Shown here: piece by piece, positions 40,559 to 52,668 of the stretch | How positions within the stretch are numbered: position 1 is the first letter of the stretch | Layout: every line of letters starts with the position of its first letter | From: Pseudomonas aeruginosa PAO1 | Lineage (GTDB): Bacteria; Pseudomonadota; Gammaproteobacteria; Pseudomonadales; Pseudomonadaceae | Reading direction: 5' to 3' (one strand) | DNA length: 64,000 bases | Assembly: GCF_000006765.1 (NCBI RefSeq) | Contig: NC_002516.2 | Program-made: the position numbers and the translations under genes | Notes under the pieces: model-generated | Database searches by the model: none | What the model was told of the DNA's origin: nothing | The model's input: the letters and a program-made list of their open reading frames with translations, nothing else

Positions 40559-40838
40559 GGGGTAGCGACTTGCCGTGGAGCATTGGCCATGACTCAGGGC
40601 ACGAAGGTGGCGTTTCGGCACCGGGTGCACGGGGACTGCCTGGCGGGCCGTGAATGCGTGACTGGCCCCCAGCTCCCGTCGCTGCCTGCACGGCACTAAG
40701 GGGGGAAGCTGTTGCTTAGCGCTTGAGCGGGCGTCGTGCTTGCCTTGGTCTCTTGTTTCGCCTTTCCAGGCGAGTTCCTTCTGCAAGCGTCCAAAAGACT
40801 CGCCCCACTACTCGGAGGGCATGCCAGGAGCCCGATCC

Positions 40839-40919
40839 GTAGGGCGAATAACCGCTTGCGGTTATCCGCCGGCTGTCCGGGGCATCGGCGGATACCGCCT
40901 GTGGCGGTATTCGCCCTAC
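40839..40919. repeat. 81-bp REPIN in unit 1
   Basis: GTAGGGCGAATAACCGCTTGCGGTTATCCGCC - 16 nt - GGCGGATACCGCCTGTGGCGGTATTCGCCCTAC. Confidence 0.9.
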
Positions 40920-41067
40920 GGGACGTTCGAGCGGGCTTCATGTTTGCTGCTCAAGCTGCTTGTCGTGCTTGCCTTGGCCTCTTGTTTCAACTTTCCAGGC
41001 GAGCTCCTTCTGCAAGCGTCCAAAAGACTCGCCCTGCCACTCGGAGGGCATGCCAGGAGCCCGATCC

Positions 41068-41148
41068 GTAGGGCGAATGACCGCTTGCGGTTATCCGCCG
41101 GCTCTCCAGGGCATCGGCGGATACCGCCTGTGGCGGTATTCGCCCTAC
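41068..41148. repeat. 81-bp REPIN in unit 2
   Basis: Near-identical to 40839-40919; offset 229 bp. Confidence 0.9.
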
Positions 41149-41541
41149 GTGACTATATCGCTCGCGATTTCTTAGCTACACGGCAGTGAGGGGGTCGCTG
41201 TTGCTTAGCGCTTGAGCGGGCGTCATGTTTGGTGGTCAAGCTGTTTTCTGTGCCTGCCTTGACCTCTTGTTTCGCCTTCCCAGGCGAGTGCCTTTTGCAA
41301 GCGTCCAAAAGGAACCAAAAGACTCGCCCCGGCATCCGGCCCCAGCCGCTTCTCGACTGGGGTGCCCTCCTGACGGGGCGGGTTTGCCGCCCCACCACTT
41401 GGAGGGCAAACCTCCCTTCGTGCATGCCAGGAACCCGATCCGTAGGGCGGATAACCGCAAGCGGTCATTCACTCTACGGATCAGGGCTTCGGTATGTGGA
41501 AGTCTGGCATGCACGAGGTCATCCCCCTCCTGAAGCGCCCC

Positions 41542-42327
41542 TCAGCTCAATCGAATCCTTCCGCTCGCCACCAGCACCGCATGCCCGGCGATACTCACCC
41601 GCTCGCCCTCCAACCGGCACCACAGCTCGCCGCCGCGCGCCGAGCACTGCTGGGCGGTCAGCGACAGTTTGTTCAAGCGCTGGGCCCAGTAGGGAATCAG
41701 GCTGCAATGCGCGGAGCCTGTGACCGGGTCTTCGTCGACGCCCATCGCCGGGGCGAAGAAGCGCGAGACGAAATCCTTCTGCAGACCCCGCGCGGTGACG
41801 ATCACTCCACGCCAGGGCAGCCGCGCCAGGGCCGCGAAGTCGGGGCGACAGGCGCGCACCGCCTCTTCGGACTCGAGCAGCACCAGCAGCTTGTCGGTGG
41901 AGCCCAGCACGTCCACCGGCGGCAGGCCCAGGGCCTGCTCCAGCTCGACGGTGCTACCGACTTCGCTCGGATACTGCGCGGGGAAATCCAGGACCAGCCG
42001 CTCGTCCTCGCGGTTGACCCGCAGCGCACCGGAGCGCGAGATGAATTCCAGGCGCTCGCCCGGCTCGTCGTAGACCTCGAACAGTACGTGGGCCGCAGCC
42101 AGTGTGGCGTGGCCGCAGAGCGCCACCTCGACGCTCGGGGTGAACCAGCGGATCCGCCAGGCCTCTCCTTCGCGAACGACGAAGGCGGTCTCGGAGAGGT
42201 TGTGCTCGGTCGCGATCATCTGCATCAACTCGTCCGCCAGCCAGGCGTCGAGGCGATAGACCACGGCGGGATTGCCACTGAACGGGCGGGAAGAAAACGC
42301 GTCGACCTGGTGGAACTCGAGCTGCAT
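41542..42327 (-). CDS. PhzF-family isomerase/epimerase (261 aa)
   Basis: QVDAF..FSGNPAVV, NLSETAF, LCGHATLA, EDPVTGSAH; start at ATG 42327. Confidence 0.92.
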   Translation of the reverse strand: MQLEFHQVDAFSSRPFSGNPAVVYRLDAWLADELMQMIATEHNLSETAFVVREGEAWRIRWFTPSVEVALCGHATLAAAHVLFEVYDEPGERLEFISRSGALRVNREDERLVLDFPAQYPSEVGSTVELEQALGLPPVDVLGSTDKLLVLLESEEAVRACRPDFAALARLPWRGVIVTARGLQKDFVSRFFAPAMGVDEDPVTGSAHCSLIPYWAQRLNKLSLTAQQCSARGGELWCRLEGERVSIAGHAVLVASGRIRLS

Positions 42328-42522
42328 GGCAGACCTCCTGGGAACGATCGCCACAGCATGCCGCCGCAGGCTCCGGGATGGGCGATACAGTGCGATCTTT
42401 TCCGATCGTAACAGTGGGACTTCGCCCTGCCTTCGACCCATTGCCCGAGCGGGCGTTTGCGGCGACCTGCCGGCGTTGTGAAGCCGCCGGCAAAAACGCC
42501 GCCTTTTTCCGCGAAACGCCGC

Positions 42523-44007
<1,485 letters not shown>

Positions 44008-44070
44008 GGAAAACCTGACAGATTGAAAAGTAAGACGAATGCCGACCGCTAGGCCGGCGGGATTAGCGGC

Positions 44071-44541
44071 TCATTCACGGCCGATGGCGGCGAACGAACC
44101 CTGGGTCAGCTGGGCCAGCACCTCGGCCGCCAGCTCCACTTCCAGCCCGCGCCGTCCTGCGCTGACATGGATGCTCGGGTACTGCCGCGCGCTTTCATCG
44201 ATGAAGGTACGCAGGCGCTTCTTCTGCCCCAGCGGGCTGATCCCGCCCACCAGGTAGCCGGTGGCCCGCTGCGCCGCCTGCGGATCGGCCATGTCGGCCT
44301 TCTTCGCCCCCGCCGCATGGGCCAGGGCCTTCAGGTCGAGACTGCCGATCACCGGCACCACCGCCACCAGCAACTCGCCCTTCTCCGTGGCGGCGAGCAG
44401 CGTCTTGAACACCCGCTGCGGGTCCAGGCCGAGCTTTTCCGCGGCCTCCAGGCCATAGGAAGGTGCCTTGGGGTCGTGGCTGTAGCTGAGCACCTTGTGC
44501 GCGGCGCGGGCCTTTTTCAGCAGGTCGATGGCAGGGGTCAT
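44071..44541 (-). CDS. ybaK: Cys-tRNA(Pro) deacylase YbaK (156 aa)
   Basis: MTPAIDLLKK, RVFKTL, GGISPLGQKK, SAGRRGL motifs. Confidence 0.9.
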   Translation of the reverse strand: MTPAIDLLKKARAAHKVLSYSHDPKAPSYGLEAAEKLGLDPQRVFKTLLAATEKGELLVAVVPVIGSLDLKALAHAAGAKKADMADPQAAQRATGYLVGGISPLGQKKRLRTFIDESARQYPSIHVSAGRRGLEVELAAEVLAQLTQGSFAAIGRE

Positions 44542-44713
44542 GGTCACTCCCGGAGAAGAACGTTGGCTGAAAACCGGCGCCTACCTTAAGCCATCGCCGC
44601 CCCTGCTGCACGGGCGCCGATGCCGCGGCCCGCGTGCCTCGGTAGCGATATTCGATTGGCCGCGAAAACGAAACCGGAGGGTCGTTTTTCGGACAAACGT
44701 TCATCTTCGCGCT

Positions 44714-44742
44714 TTGACAGCATTCCTTTGTGAATATATTTT
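44714..44742 (+). promoter_or_regulatory. Sigma70 promoter of glpFK
   Basis: TTGACA-17-TATTTT. Confidence 0.72.
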
Positions 44743-44758
44743 TTCGAAACTGAACAAT
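44739..44758. promoter_or_regulatory. GlpR operator overlapping the glpF -10/+1
   Basis: TTTTTTCGAAACTGAACAAT resembles WATGTTCG-N4-CGAACATW. Confidence 0.7.
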
Positions 44759-44805
44759 TTTCACGGCTGCCCGCCATAATTACAAGAACAGACAAGAGAG
44801 GCCCC

Positions 44806-45645
44806 ATGACCACCGCCGCCCCGACCCCGTCCCTGTTCGGCCAATGCCTGGCCGAGTTCCTCGGCACCGCCCTCCTCATCTTCTTCGGCACCGGTTGCGT
44901 CGCGGCCCTGAAGGTCGCCGGCGCCAGCTTCGGCCTGTGGGAAATCAGCATCATCTGGGGGGTCGGCGTGAGCATGGCGATCTACCTCAGCGCCGGCGTC
45001 TCCGGCGCCCACCTGAACCCGGCGGTGAGCATCGCGCTGTGGCTGTTCGCCGGCTTCGAGGGGCGCAAGCTGCCGTTCTACATCACCGCCCAGGTGGCCG
45101 GTGCGTTCTGCGCCGCAGCGCTGGTCTACACCCTCTACAGCAGCCTGTTCATCGAGTTCGAACAGGCGCAGAACATCGTCCGCGGCAGCCAGGACAGCCT
45201 GGCCCTGGCCTCGGTGTTCTCCACCTATCCGCACCCGGCGCTGTCGGTCGGCCAGGCGTTCCTCGTCGAAGTGGTGATCACGGCCATCCTCATGGCGGTG
45301 ATCATGGCCCTTACCGACGACGGCAACGGCCTGCCGCGCGGTCCGTTGGCGCCGCTGCTGATCGGCCTGCTGATCGCCGTGATCGGTAGCGCCATGGGCC
45401 CGCTGACCGGTTTCGCGATGAACCCGGCGCGCGACTTCGGCCCCAAGCTGATGACCTACCTGGCCGGCTGGGGGCCCATCGCCTTCACCGGCGGCCGCGA
45501 GATTCCCTATTTTCTGGTGCCGATCTTCGCCCCGATCCTCGGTGCCTGCCTCGGCGCCGGCGGCTATCGTGTACTGATCGCGCGCCATCTGCCGAGCGCC
45601 GCGGCGCCCGCCGAAGCCGAGCCGGAGAAGGTTCGCGCTTCCTGA
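44806..45645 (+). CDS. glpF: Glycerol uptake facilitator GlpF (279 aa)
   Basis: Two NPA motifs (HLNPAV, AMNPARD). Confidence 0.96.
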   Translation: MTTAAPTPSLFGQCLAEFLGTALLIFFGTGCVAALKVAGASFGLWEISIIWGVGVSMAIYLSAGVSGAHLNPAVSIALWLFAGFEGRKLPFYITAQVAGAFCAAALVYTLYSSLFIEFEQAQNIVRGSQDSLALASVFSTYPHPALSVGQAFLVEVVITAILMAVIMALTDDGNGLPRGPLAPLLIGLLIAVIGSAMGPLTGFAMNPARDFGPKLMTYLAGWGPIAFTGGREIPYFLVPIFAPILGACLGAGGYRVLIARHLPSAAAPAEAEPEKVRAS

Positions 45646-47202
<1,557 letters not shown>

Positions 47203-47210
47203 CGAGCTGG

Positions 47211-47243
47211 CGCCATTCGTCCGCCGCGATGCGGCGAATGGCG
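47211..47243. other. Hairpin downstream of glpK
   Basis: CGCCATTCG-T-CCGC-loop-GCGG-CGAATGGCG. Confidence 0.5.
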
Positions 47244-47407
47244 TGTTCCCCGGCGCCGCTCTGGCATGCCCTGGGTAACGTTTGCGCGCGGCGGCCGGGT
47301 GCCGCCGCGGCGCCCTCTACGACTCATGCACGGCTGACAACGGCCCCCCGCGTGCGGCATTCTTGGCGACTTTCCAGGGTCCCGGCCCGGCAGCACGAGA
47401 ACAACCC

Positions 47408-48163
47408 ATGAACCTGCCCCCCCGACAGCAAAGCATCATCGAGGAGGTCCGCGAGCGCGGTTACCTGAGCATCGAGGAGATGGCGCAGATGTTCGCGGTC
47501 ACCCCGCAGACCATCCGCCGCGACATCAACCAGCTCGCCGAACAGGGACTGCTGCGCCGCTACCACGGCGGTGCGGCCTACGATTCGAGCATCGAGAACA
47601 CCGCCTACACCATGCGCGCCGACCAGATGCGCGACGAGAAGCAGCGCATCGCCGAAGCCGTGGCCAGCCTGGTGCCGGACAACGCCTCGCTGTTCATCAA
47701 CATCGGCACCACCACCGAGGCCATCGCCCGCGCCCTGCTCAACCACCGCAATCTGAAGATCATCACCAACAACCTGCACGTGGCCGCCACCCTCAGCGCC
47801 AAGGAAGACTTCGAAGTGCTGGTCGCCGGCGGCACCGTACGCAGCGACGGCGGCATCGTCGGCCAGGCCGCGGTGGACTTCATCCAGCAGTTCCGCGTCG
47901 ACTTCGCCCTGGTCGGCATCAGCGGCATCGACGAGGATGGTAGCCTGCTCGACTTCGACTACCAGGAAGTGCGCGTATCCCAGGCGATCATCGACAACGC
48001 GCGGCAAGTGTTCCTGGCCGCCGACTCGAGCAAGTTCGGGCGCAACGCGGTGGTCCGCCTGGGACCGATCTCGCTGGTCAACCGGGTCATCAGCGACAGC
48101 CCGCCGCCCGCCGCCATCGCCCGCCTGATGGCACAGCACAAGGTTCACCTGGACCTGGTCTGA
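47408..48163 (+). CDS. glpR: DeoR-family glycerol-3-phosphate repressor GlpR (251 aa)
   Basis: [12 protein letters not shown]; FINIGTTT; LAADSSKFG. Confidence 0.95.
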
Positions 48164-48199
48164 GGCATTTCCCCTGCCACGGCGCCGTTCGGCGCCGTG

Positions 48200-48219
48200 A
48201 ATGTTCGTTTCAGAAAAAC
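48200..48219. promoter_or_regulatory. Distal GlpR-operator-like site upstream of glpD
   Basis: AATGTTCGTTTCAGAAAAAC, strong left half-site. Confidence 0.5.
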
Positions 48220-48387
48220 CACCTGCCGCCCCCGTCCATGCGCCGCGATCCTCGGCGGCCGCTTTCCCGCATGCGGAAGAGGGGCTGTTCCCGCGCGGAC
48301 GGGCAAACCGGTAGCGCCCGGGCAACCCTTCGAAATTGAAAAAGCCTGGTGAATCGGGCTGGTCAATAACTGCGCAATCGACTAAGC

Positions 48388-48407
48388 TATTTTCGAATTC
48401 GAACAAA
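48388..48407. promoter_or_regulatory. GlpR operator upstream of glpD
   Basis: TATTTTCGAATTCGAACAAA. Confidence 0.75.
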
Positions 48408-48440
48408 ACTACGTTCACTTTCGACTTCAGGGCCTTTCAC

Positions 48441-49979
48441 ATGAGTCAAGCGCACACCCCCTCCGCTCCACTCGCCGAAGTCTACGATGTCGCCGTGGTC
48501 GGCGGTGGCATCAACGGTGTAGGGATCGCCGCCGACGCAGCCGGGCGCGGCCTGTCCGTGTTCCTTTGCGAACAGCACGACCTGGCCCAGCACACTTCCT
48601 CGGCCAGCAGCAAGCTGATCCACGGCGGCCTGCGCTACCTCGAACACTACGAATTCCGCCTGGTCCGCGAAGCCCTGGCCGAGCGCGAGGTCCTGCTGGC
48701 CAAGGCGCCGCACATCGTCAAGCCGCTGCGCTTCGTCCTGCCGCACCGTCCGCACCTGCGCCCGGCCTGGATGATCCGCGCCGGCCTGTTCCTCTACGAT
48801 CACCTCGGCAAGCGCGAGAAGCTGCCCGCCTCGCGCGGCCTGCGCTTCACCGGCAGCAGCCCGCTGAAGGCCGAGATCCGCCGTGGCTTCGAGTACTCCG
48901 ACTGCGCGGTGGACGATGCGCGCCTGGTGGTGCTCAACGCGATCTCCGCCCGCGAGCACGGCGCCCACGTCCATACCCGCACCCGCTGCGTCAGCGCCCG
49001 TCGCAGCAAGGGACTCTGGCACCTGCACCTGGAGCGCAGCGACGGCAGCCTGTATTCGATCCGCGCCCGCGCCCTGGTGAACGCCGCCGGCCCCTGGGTA
49101 GCGCGCTTCATCCAGGACGACCTGAAACAGAAGTCGCCCTACGGTATCCGCCTGATCCAGGGCAGCCACATCATCGTGCCGAAGCTGTACGAAGGCGAGC
49201 ACGCCTACATCCTGCAGAACGAAGACCGCCGCATCGTCTTCGCCATCCCCTATCTGGACCGTTTCACCATGATCGGCACCACCGATCGCGAGTACCAGGG
49301 CGACCCGGCCAAGGTGGCGATCAGCGAAGAGGAAACCGCCTACCTGCTGCAAGTGGTGAACGCCCATTTCAAGCAGCAACTCGCGGCCGCCGACATCCTG
49401 CACAGCTTCGCCGGCGTGCGTCCGCTGTGCGACGACGAGTCCGACGAGCCTTCGGCGATCACCCGCGACTACACCCTGTCGCTCTCCGCCGGCAACGGCG
49501 AGCCGCCGCTGCTCTCGGTGTTCGGCGGCAAGCTGACCACCTACCGCAAGCTGGCCGAATCGGCGCTGACGCAGCTCCAGCCGTTCTTCGCCAATCTCGG
49601 CCCGGCCTGGACCGCCAAGGCACCGCTGCCGGGCGGCGAGCAGATGCAGAGCGTCGAGGCGCTCACCGAGCAACTGGCCAACCGCTACGCCTGGCTCGAC
49701 CGCGAACTGGCGCTGCGCTGGGCGCGCACCTACGGCACCCGGGTGTGGCGCCTGCTGGACGGGGTCAATGGCGAAGCCGATCTCGGCGAGCACCTGGGCG
49801 GCGGCCTGTATGCCCGCGAAGTGGACTACCTGTGCAAGCACGAGTGGGCCCAGGACGCCGAGGACATCCTCTGGCGCCGCAGCAAGCTCGGCCTGTTCCT
49901 CTCGCCGAGCCAGCAGGTGCGCCTCGGCCAGTACCTGCAGAGCGAGCATCCGCATCGCCCGCGGGTGCATGCGGCCTGA
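48441..49979 (+). CDS. glpD: Aerobic glycerol-3-phosphate dehydrogenase GlpD (512 aa)
   Basis: VGGGING FAD motif; TSSASSKLIHGGLRYLE; start at ATG 48441. Confidence 0.96.
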   Translation: MSQAHTPSAPLAEVYDVAVVGGGINGVGIAADAAGRGLSVFLCEQHDLAQHTSSASSKLIHGGLRYLEHYEFRLVREALAEREVLLAKAPHIVKPLRFVLPHRPHLRPAWMIRAGLFLYDHLGKREKLPASRGLRFTGSSPLKAEIRRGFEYSDCAVDDARLVVLNAISAREHGAHVHTRTRCVSARRSKGLWHLHLERSDGSLYSIRARALVNAAGPWVARFIQDDLKQKSPYGIRLIQGSHIIVPKLYEGEHAYILQNEDRRIVFAIPYLDRFTMIGTTDREYQGDPAKVAISEEETAYLLQVVNAHFKQQLAAADILHSFAGVRPLCDDESDEPSAITRDYTLSLSAGNGEPPLLSVFGGKLTTYRKLAESALTQLQPFFANLGPAWTAKAPLPGGEQMQSVEALTEQLANRYAWLDRELALRWARTYGTRVWRLLDGVNGEADLGEHLGGGLYAREVDYLCKHEWAQDAEDILWRRSKLGLFLSPSQQVRLGQYLQSEHPHRPRVHAA

Positions 49980-49996
49980 TCGCCAGCCAGAAACGT

Positions 49997-50028
49997 CGAG
50001 GCCCGCTTTTGCGGGCCTCGTTCGTTAT
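49997..50028 (+). terminator. Intrinsic terminator after glpD
   Basis: CGAGGCCCGC-TTTT-GCGGGCCTCG followed by TTCGTTAT. Confidence 0.7.
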
Positions 50029-50111
50029 GGAAGGGTACGGGACGATCCGGGCATAATGCGCGACGCCACCAAGCCGGTGGCGCCGCCGCAGTCGAGAATC
50101 CCGTGGACCTG

Positions 50112-50441
50112 ATGTTCAAGGCGCTGATCGGCGCCGCCGTGGTCGTGCTCCTCGCCGTCCTGTCGAAGACCCGCAACTACTACATCGCCGGCCTGGTGCC
50201 GCTGTTTCCCACCTTCGCCCTGATTGCCCACTACATCGTCGGCAAGGGCCGTTCGCTGGACGACCTGAAGACCACCATCGTCTTCGGCATGTGGTCGATC
50301 ATCCCCTACTTCGTCTATCTCGCCGCGCTCTACCTGCTGGTCGAGCGCTTCCGCCTGGAGACCTCGCTGGCCCTGGCGGCGCTGGCCTGGCTGGTGGCGG
50401 CAAGCGTGCTGGTGGGCCTCTGGGTACGCCTGCACGCCTGA
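50112..50441 (+). CDS. glpM: Membrane protein GlpM (109 aa)
   Basis: 4-TM protein with [16 protein letters not shown]; position after glpD. Confidence 0.9.
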   Translation: MFKALIGAAVVVLLAVLSKTRNYYIAGLVPLFPTFALIAHYIVGKGRSLDDLKTTIVFGMWSIIPYFVYLAALYLLVERFRLETSLALAALAWLVAASVLVGLWVRLHA

Positions 50442-50457
50442 GACCGCGAGCGCGGCT

Positions 50458-51444
50458 TCAGAGCTGGACGACGCTGGCCTGCCGATGGGCCTTCAGGTAA
50501 GGCACCACCGCCGCCAGCAACGGCTCCTTGAAGGCTTCCTGGAAGCGATGGGCGAGACCGGGGATCAGCTTCAGCTCCGAGCCACGGATATGCGCCGCCA
50601 CGTGCACGCCGTGCATCACCGGCAGCAGCGGATCGGCGGTGCCATGGATCACCAGGGTCGGCACCTGCAGACGGTTCAGCAGCGGCACCCGGCTGGGTTC
50701 GGCGAGGATCGCCAGCAATTGCCGCTGCACGCCTTCCGGGTTGAAGGCGCGGTCGTAGGAACGTGCGGCCTGCAACAGAAGTTGCTGGCGATCATCGCGC
50801 ACTTCCGGACTGCCCAGCGCCGCCAGCAGGTCGGCCTGCTGCTCGACCGCCTGCTCGCGGCTGGCCGCCTCGCGCCGCGCCAGCAGGCGCAGCAGCGACT
50901 CGCTGGGCGCCGGCAGGCCTTCGGCGCCGGAGCTGGTCATCACCAGGGTCAGGCTGAGCAGGCGCTGCGGCGCCATGTCGGCGATGTGCTGGGCGATCAT
51001 CCCGCCCATGCTGGCGCCGAGCACATGGGCCTGGGGGATATCCAGCGCGTCGAGCAGATGCAGGGCATCGCCGGCCATGTCGGTGAGGGTATAGGGCGCG
51101 CTGACCGGCAGGCCGAGGCGATAACGCACCACTTCGTAGGTCAGCCGCGAACTGGGCACCGGCACGTTCCAGGCCGACAGGCCGACGTCGCGGTTGTCGT
51201 AGCGGATCACCCGGAAGCCTTGCTCGCACAGGGCGCTGACCACCTCGTCCGGCCAGTGGATCAGTTGCCCGCCCAGGCCCATCACCAGCAGCAGGGCCGG
51301 ATCGCTGTCGCGGCCGATGCTCTGGTAGGCCAGGCGCACGTCGCCCAGTTCGACCGTCTCGGTAGGTACGCGTGCGTCGCAACGCGCCGCCGCAAAGGAG
51401 GAGAGGCTGCACAACAAGGCGGCCAGGAAGATGAAAGCACGCAT
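50458..51444 (-). CDS. Secreted alpha/beta hydrolase (328 aa)
   Basis: Signal peptide [13 protein letters not shown]; GASMGG nucleophile elbow; HGTADPLL; GLAH. Confidence 0.9.
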   Translation of the reverse strand: MRAFIFLAALLCSLSSFAAARCDARVPTETVELGDVRLAYQSIGRDSDPALLLVMGLGGQLIHWPDEVVSALCEQGFRVIRYDNRDVGLSAWNVPVPSSRLTYEVVRYRLGLPVSAPYTLTDMAGDALHLLDALDIPQAHVLGASMGGMIAQHIADMAPQRLLSLTLVMTSSGAEGLPAPSESLLRLLARREAASREQAVEQQADLLAALGSPEVRDDRQQLLLQAARSYDRAFNPEGVQRQLLAILAEPSRVPLLNRLQVPTLVIHGTADPLLPVMHGVHVAAHIRGSELKLIPGLAHRFQEAFKEPLLAAVVPYLKAHRQASVVQL

Positions 51445-51685
51445 GAAGAAAACCCAGAACGCAAAACCCCAGTGGAGCGCGATTCTGATTAAATTTCGTC
51501 CAGCGCGCTGCCACAGTAGCGTGACAGTTTGATGAATGCCGCCAGGCGGTCGTGGCGTTGTGGCTCTGCGGCGTTGCGCCGCTGCTCCGGGCCGCCGTCC
51601 CGTGTGCCGGGCTATTCTCCCCGTCGCTCCACGATTGCGCGCTCTGCGGGATCGAGGCCATCGCTTGTCGACAGCCCCTGGCGTA

Positions 51686-51698
51686 TGAGACAAACTCA
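51686..51698. promoter_or_regulatory. MetR-type T-N11-A site (likely autoregulation)
   Basis: TGAG-ACAAA-CTCA palindrome ending 44 nt before the metR ATG. Confidence 0.6.
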
Positions 51699-51742
51699 AC
51701 GAATCCGCACCGCTATCAAGTTTTGCTCATACAGAGGCCGCC

Positions 51743-52663
51743 ATGCTCGAACTTCGCCACCTCAAGACCCTGCACGCGCTGCGCGAAGCCGACAGCCTGG
51801 TGGAAGCCGCCGAGCGCCTGCACCTTACCCAGTCGGCGCTGTCGCACCAGTTCAAGGAACTGGAAGAGCGCCTGGGCATGCAGTTGTTCGTGCGCAAGAC
51901 CAAGCCGGTACGCTTCACCAGCGCCGGGCTGCGCCTGCTGCAACTGGCCGACTCGCTGCTGCCCCAGCTGCGCACCGCCGAGCGCGACCTGGCGCGGCTC
52001 GCCGGCGGTACCGCCGGACGCCTGCACATGGCCATCGAATGCCACAGTTGCTTCCAGTGGCTGATGCCGACCATCGACCAGTTCCGCGACGCCTGGCCGG
52101 AAGTCGAACTGGACCTGGCCTCGGGCTTCTCCTTCGCGCCGCTGCCGGCCCTGGCCCGCGGCGACCTCGACCTGGTGGTGACCGCCGACCCGGTCGAGTT
52201 GCCCGGCATCACCTACGTGCCACTGTTCACCTACGAAGCGCTGCTGGCGGTGGCCAACCAGCATGCCCTGGCTGGTCGGCCGTACGTCGTCCCGGAGGAC
52301 CTGGAGCGGGAAACCCTGATCACCTATCCGGTGGAACGCGATCGTCTCGACGTCTTCACCCGCTTCCTCGACCCCGCCGACGTGGAGCCGGCGCAGGTGC
52401 GCATAGCCGAGCTGACCGTGATGATGATGCAGCTGGTGGCCTCCGGTCGCGGCGTCTGCTGCCTGCCGAACTGGGCCCTGCACGAGTACAGCTCGCGCGG
52501 CTACGTGACGGCCCGGCGCCTCGGTGAAAAGGGCCTGTACTGCACGCTCTTCGCCGCCATCCGCACGGACATGTTCGATGCGCCATTCATGCGCGACTTC
52601 CTGCTCACCGCCAAGGACACCTCCTTCGCCACCCTCGAAGGGGTCAGCGCCGCCAAGGGCTGA
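51743..52663 (+). CDS. metR: LysR-family methionine regulator MetR (306 aa)
   Basis: LTQSALSHQ HTH; LHMAIECHSCFQWLMP characteristic of MetR. Confidence 0.93.
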   Translation: MLELRHLKTLHALREADSLVEAAERLHLTQSALSHQFKELEERLGMQLFVRKTKPVRFTSAGLRLLQLADSLLPQLRTAERDLARLAGGTAGRLHMAIECHSCFQWLMPTIDQFRDAWPEVELDLASGFSFAPLPALARGDLDLVVTADPVELPGITYVPLFTYEALLAVANQHALAGRPYVVPEDLERETLITYPVERDRLDVFTRFLDPADVEPAQVRIAELTVMMMQLVASGRGVCCLPNWALHEYSSRGYVTARRLGEKGLYCTLFAAIRTDMFDAPFMRDFLLTAKDTSFATLEGVSAAKG

Positions 52664-52668
52664 ACGGC

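Larger units (their letters stand above)
40689..41516. repeat. Array of three composite structured repeat units (about 40689-40921, 40927-41149, 41179-41516) carrying REP/REPIN elements
   Basis: Shared blocks GCTGTTGCTTAGCGCTTGAGCGGGCGTC, CTCTTGTTTC, CCAGGCGAG, GCAAGCGTCCAAAAG, GACTCGCCC, GCATGCCAGGA, CCCGATCCGTAGGGCG. Confidence 0.92.

Noticed and set aside
40689-41516. CRISPR interpretation of the repeat array
   Set aside because: Units are 230-340 bp with no constant short repeat plus unique spacer pattern, and there are no cas genes
40696-41533. Short ORFs inside the repeat array (e.g. 40740..41189, 41153..41425, 41225..41533)
   Set aside because: Their peptides repeat because the DNA repeats; no convincing RBS or coding-type codon bias; indels between units do not preserve frame
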